From the IMG/VR virus record IMGVR_UViG_3300048855_000189, positions 1 through 36,829 of that record: a stretch of 36,829 bases of DNA, one strand, 5' to 3'. The stretch is from a virus. Its lineage: Duplodnaviria > Caudoviricetes. Below are positions 35,101 through 36,829 of this stretch, one piece after another. Every line of letters begins with the position of its first letter. Within the stretch, counting starts at the first letter, position 1. The notes under the pieces were generated by a model. It was not told where the DNA came from, did no database searches, and saw nothing but the letters and a program-made list of their open reading frames with translations. Both the position numbers and the translations under genes were made by a program.

Positions 35101-35169
35101 TGGTCCGGCGGCAACGGCAACATCACCCTCAAGAACGCGACCCTGATCGTCGATGGAGCTTTCGCATGA
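32158..35169 (+). CDS. Fused tail-tip protein: duplicated Dit-like domain, CBM-like insert, coiled coil, lambda J-like (DUF1983) C-terminus
   Basis: Two ITDYSR..D.FG...RM.VR units; WSATATYAAGARVI...HRIYES...W.DVGPTNRW; AKWGVEMDIGGRVSG...DFVVRVDRF. Confidence 0.8.
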   Translation: MRVELDSGEIVALGTVETAPTISITDYSRRETDEFGVTKVTKRGFARRMSVRLSLPTSSVDNVQRRLADLRATAALWVADERFASLSVRGFYKEFAIDVAYPPQSFATLTVESLASPDVPADTGADPAPDGRASTLRVIPPVQVTDAMLVSSSIGENEHPQWSATATYAAGARVIKVATHRIYESVTGGNVGNDPAGTSGKWLDVGPTNRWAMFDQALGTVTSRSGPVNVTIAPGQTINAVAVLDIVGAQVRVQAPGFDQTKTTAAPEGGKRTALLFSLPPTAGNVIVTTTGVGTVSVGTLILGQALGLGITEQSPTAGITDYSRKDVDDFGEQTIIERAWAKRMAVRSLIRSDAVELVQNRIASVRGQPSLWIGSDALDTLTVYGFFKDFSAVLGENVSTVSLSIEGLSAAAKVGPLSLVTDWADLTDRTGTKPQPNATDGAVLDPTAPYGTLRDFAGQPFYPEELRNADLSLSPSGRLTALVRGLAGNLETKELGLLNPIDLGAASAGAQRQFDGALEKLAIAVTRATTDTAAIRQIMRDAGISIDPASGKVSIYATEQLDAVAITLDAQAKRLALTATSTQVDEKILAAILDPAQVAQLEGIYAQIDQLGIDLDAAEGTISLKADTTALTALGARVTSAEEVIQSLPDGALIRQEVTAARYAYDKTAEATLRAILTGDRTSLLTQQAIAAGRQELSARILENEAAEAKQRLELGVQIGAVRATATQETLARIEADQAISGRIDDFVISTDEGIAAANSAIGVQSTNLGKVAGSVASLTTTVGDHTASLTTYGQSIDGLNAKWGVEMDIGGRVSGLALNGTGQRTDFVVRVDRFYLSRPGAPSSEAPFAVFDVTGGIFYLNGKLKAQSIDTPMFNGRVVTRRAAVDLGSQVAGAGGGLGDVLTFMLDLPYAADVIVQFIGSQTYSGSPVPDWGADIIVNGQTRSVQGGGAGIYSSGFALACKVSLPANPAGQPQTVTARWSGGNGNITLKNATLIVDGAFA

Positions 35170-35711
35170 AGTGGTGGGCGATGGGGCCGGCCGGTGAGCC
35201 GGTGCGGCAGTATATCGACAGCGATCTTCGGCCACTCGGCCCGAACGGATGGGCGACGGTCCTGATTGACGGGCGTCCCGAGACGAACCGCTGGCGGATC
35301 GCCGCCGATGGTGCGGCGATCGAGCCGCTTCCGGTGGACGTGTCCGAGCTGCGCGCGCTGCGGTGGGAGGCGGCGAAGGCTTACCGCGACGAGGTCATTG
35401 CGAGCGGCTGCATGGGGCCAAACGGCCGCGTAGACGCCGACGACAAGAGCCTCGTCCGAATCCTCGGCGCGATCAAGCTGCTGGAGGAACTCGCGGGCAC
35501 CGACCCGGCGCCGGCGATCAACTGGACCATGCAGGACAACAGTGAGGTTCCCCACGACCTTGCCGACATGCGGCAGATGGGGATCGCGGTCGGCCTGTTC
35601 ATCGACGCCTGCCAGTCCAACGGCAACGCCATTCGTCGCGCGATCAATGCGGCCGACGATCCCGCCAACATCGACATCACCGCCGGCTACCCGGCCCAGG
35701 AGGCAGCATAA
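35166..35711 (+). CDS. DUF4376-like tail-fibre-associated protein
   Basis: KAYRDE...VDADDKSLVRI...INWTMQDNS.V; ATGA overlap. Confidence 0.75.
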   Translation: MKWWAMGPAGEPVRQYIDSDLRPLGPNGWATVLIDGRPETNRWRIAADGAAIEPLPVDVSELRALRWEAAKAYRDEVIASGCMGPNGRVDADDKSLVRILGAIKLLEELAGTDPAPAINWTMQDNSEVPHDLADMRQMGIAVGLFIDACQSNGNAIRRAINAADDPANIDITAGYPAQEAA

Positions 35712-36829
35712 TGGCTTGGTACAATAACGGCACCGTCTCGGTCACGAACGGCTCGAACGTCGTCAACGCCGCGGGCGCGCAGTGGGTGATCAACGGCATC
35801 CAGGCTGGGTGGGGCCTCATCGTTGGCGATCTGGCACCGCGGGAGATCCTGTCGGTCAACTCCGACAATTCGCTCACGCTGCGCTCGCCGTGGACCGGCC
35901 CAACCCTTTCTGGTCAGCCCTACGCCATCATGCCTACCAGCAGCCTGGCGGGCGATCTGGCTGTCGGGGTCGGCAACCTGATCGCTGGTTTCGTCGCGGT
36001 GCGCGATGGTCCGGGCGCCGGCAAGTTTCCGGACGGCACTGGCGTCGCGCCCAGCGTGACCTTCGCGAACGACCAGGACACTGGCATCTACCGCGCCGAC
36101 AATAACATCCTCGGCCTCACAGCTGGCGGTGCGGCCAGTTTCGTCTCCCCGCAGGGGATCAGCTTCAACGCAGCCGATGGCAAGGGTGCGGGCTTCCTGA
36201 TCGCGACAGAGCGCTTTTTCCCCGCTGGTGGCGTCTCGATCGCGCGGTTCGGCATCAGCTACAACCCGTACATCGGGCAGGGCTCGGTCGGGATGTCCGC
36301 GTTCGGTGCCCTGCATTTCTTCACGAACGACGCCTTGCGCTGGTCGATCGTCCAGGCCGGGCATCTCGCGCCCGCCGTGGACAACACGATGGCGGTCGGT
36401 GGGATCAACAACCGTGTCTCGGTGATCTACGCCGCCTCGGGCACGATCAACACGTCGGATGAGCGGGAGAAGGAATGGCGCGGTGCCCTGACGCCCGCCG
36501 AACTCGCCGCGGCGCGTGAAATCAGCAAGGAGATTGGCATCTATCGCTGGCTGGACGCGATTGCCGAGAAGGGCCAGGCGGCGCGGCTGCACTGCGGCGT
36601 GCGCGCCCAGCGGGTCATCGCCGCCCTGGAGGCGCAGGGCCTCGACCCAATGCGCTACGGCTTCATCTGTTATGACGAGTGGAAAGCGACCGTCGGTGGC
36701 AAGGACAAGGACGGGTTCGTTACCGCGCCGAGCGGGCGGGCGGGTGATCGGTACGGCATTCGCCCCGACGAGCTGCTGTTCTTCCTGCTGGCCGCGCAGG
36801 AGCAGCGCTTGGCCGCGCTGGAGGCGTGA
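35711..36829 (+). CDS. Tail fibre/spike with C-terminal S74 intramolecular chaperone
   Basis: MAWY..GTVSVTNGS N-terminus; APSVTFANDQDTGIYR; INTSDEREK...ARLHCGVRAQ...YGIRPDEL...RLAALE. Confidence 0.92.
   Translation: MAWYNNGTVSVTNGSNVVNAAGAQWVINGIQAGWGLIVGDLAPREILSVNSDNSLTLRSPWTGPTLSGQPYAIMPTSSLAGDLAVGVGNLIAGFVAVRDGPGAGKFPDGTGVAPSVTFANDQDTGIYRADNNILGLTAGGAASFVSPQGISFNAADGKGAGFLIATERFFPAGGVSIARFGISYNPYIGQGSVGMSAFGALHFFTNDALRWSIVQAGHLAPAVDNTMAVGGINNRVSVIYAASGTINTSDEREKEWRGALTPAELAAAREISKEIGIYRWLDAIAEKGQAARLHCGVRAQRVIAALEAQGLDPMRYGFICYDEWKATVGGKDKDGFVTAPSGRAGDRYGIRPDELLFFLLAAQEQRLAALEA

Larger units (their letters stand above)
238..36829. mobile_element. Temperate siphovirus prophage (HK97-like head, long non-contractile tail); right end lies beyond the window
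   Basis: tRNA-adjacent integrase, CI/Cro, replication, packaging, head and tail modules in lambdoid order; no tail sheath gene. Confidence 0.97.

Noticed and set aside
35711-36829. Absence of lysis genes and attR as evidence of a defective prophage
   Set aside because: The window ends at the fibre stop codon; these elements would normally lie further right.

Overview
The window is the left ~36.6 kb of a temperate, lambdoid-organised, HK97-head siphovirus prophage in a high-GC alphaproteobacterium (Sphingomonadales-like by gene content; inference). It is integrated at the 3' end of a tRNA with anticodon CAT (probably tRNA-Ile2, 162-237). Gene order: P4-type tyrosine integrase, an accessory gene, AlpA excisionase, a leftward early operon of ~15 mostly unknown genes, a CI(S24)/Cro switch with five 16-bp operators, a replication initiator with internal iterons, a split Zn-finger + TOPRIM/helicase, small genes, a probable late activator, an Imm53 gene, HNH, terminase, portal, protease, capsid, neck, tail tube, chaperones, tape measure, a fused tail-tip protein, a DUF4376-like protein and an S74 tail fibre. 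Lysis genes and attR are not in the window. The most unusual signals are: (1) the orphan Imm53 gene is bracketed exactly by two related 30-bp palindromic sites, like a single-gene cassette inserted by site-specific recombination; (2) two paralogous sigma-finger-like domains, one fused behind four HTHs; (3) three paralogous 4-Cys HiPIP-like proteins; (4) a candidate kissing-loop RNA switch before the tail chaperone; (5) an out-of-frame primase zinc-binding domain. All family calls come from motif recognition by eye; no searches were run.
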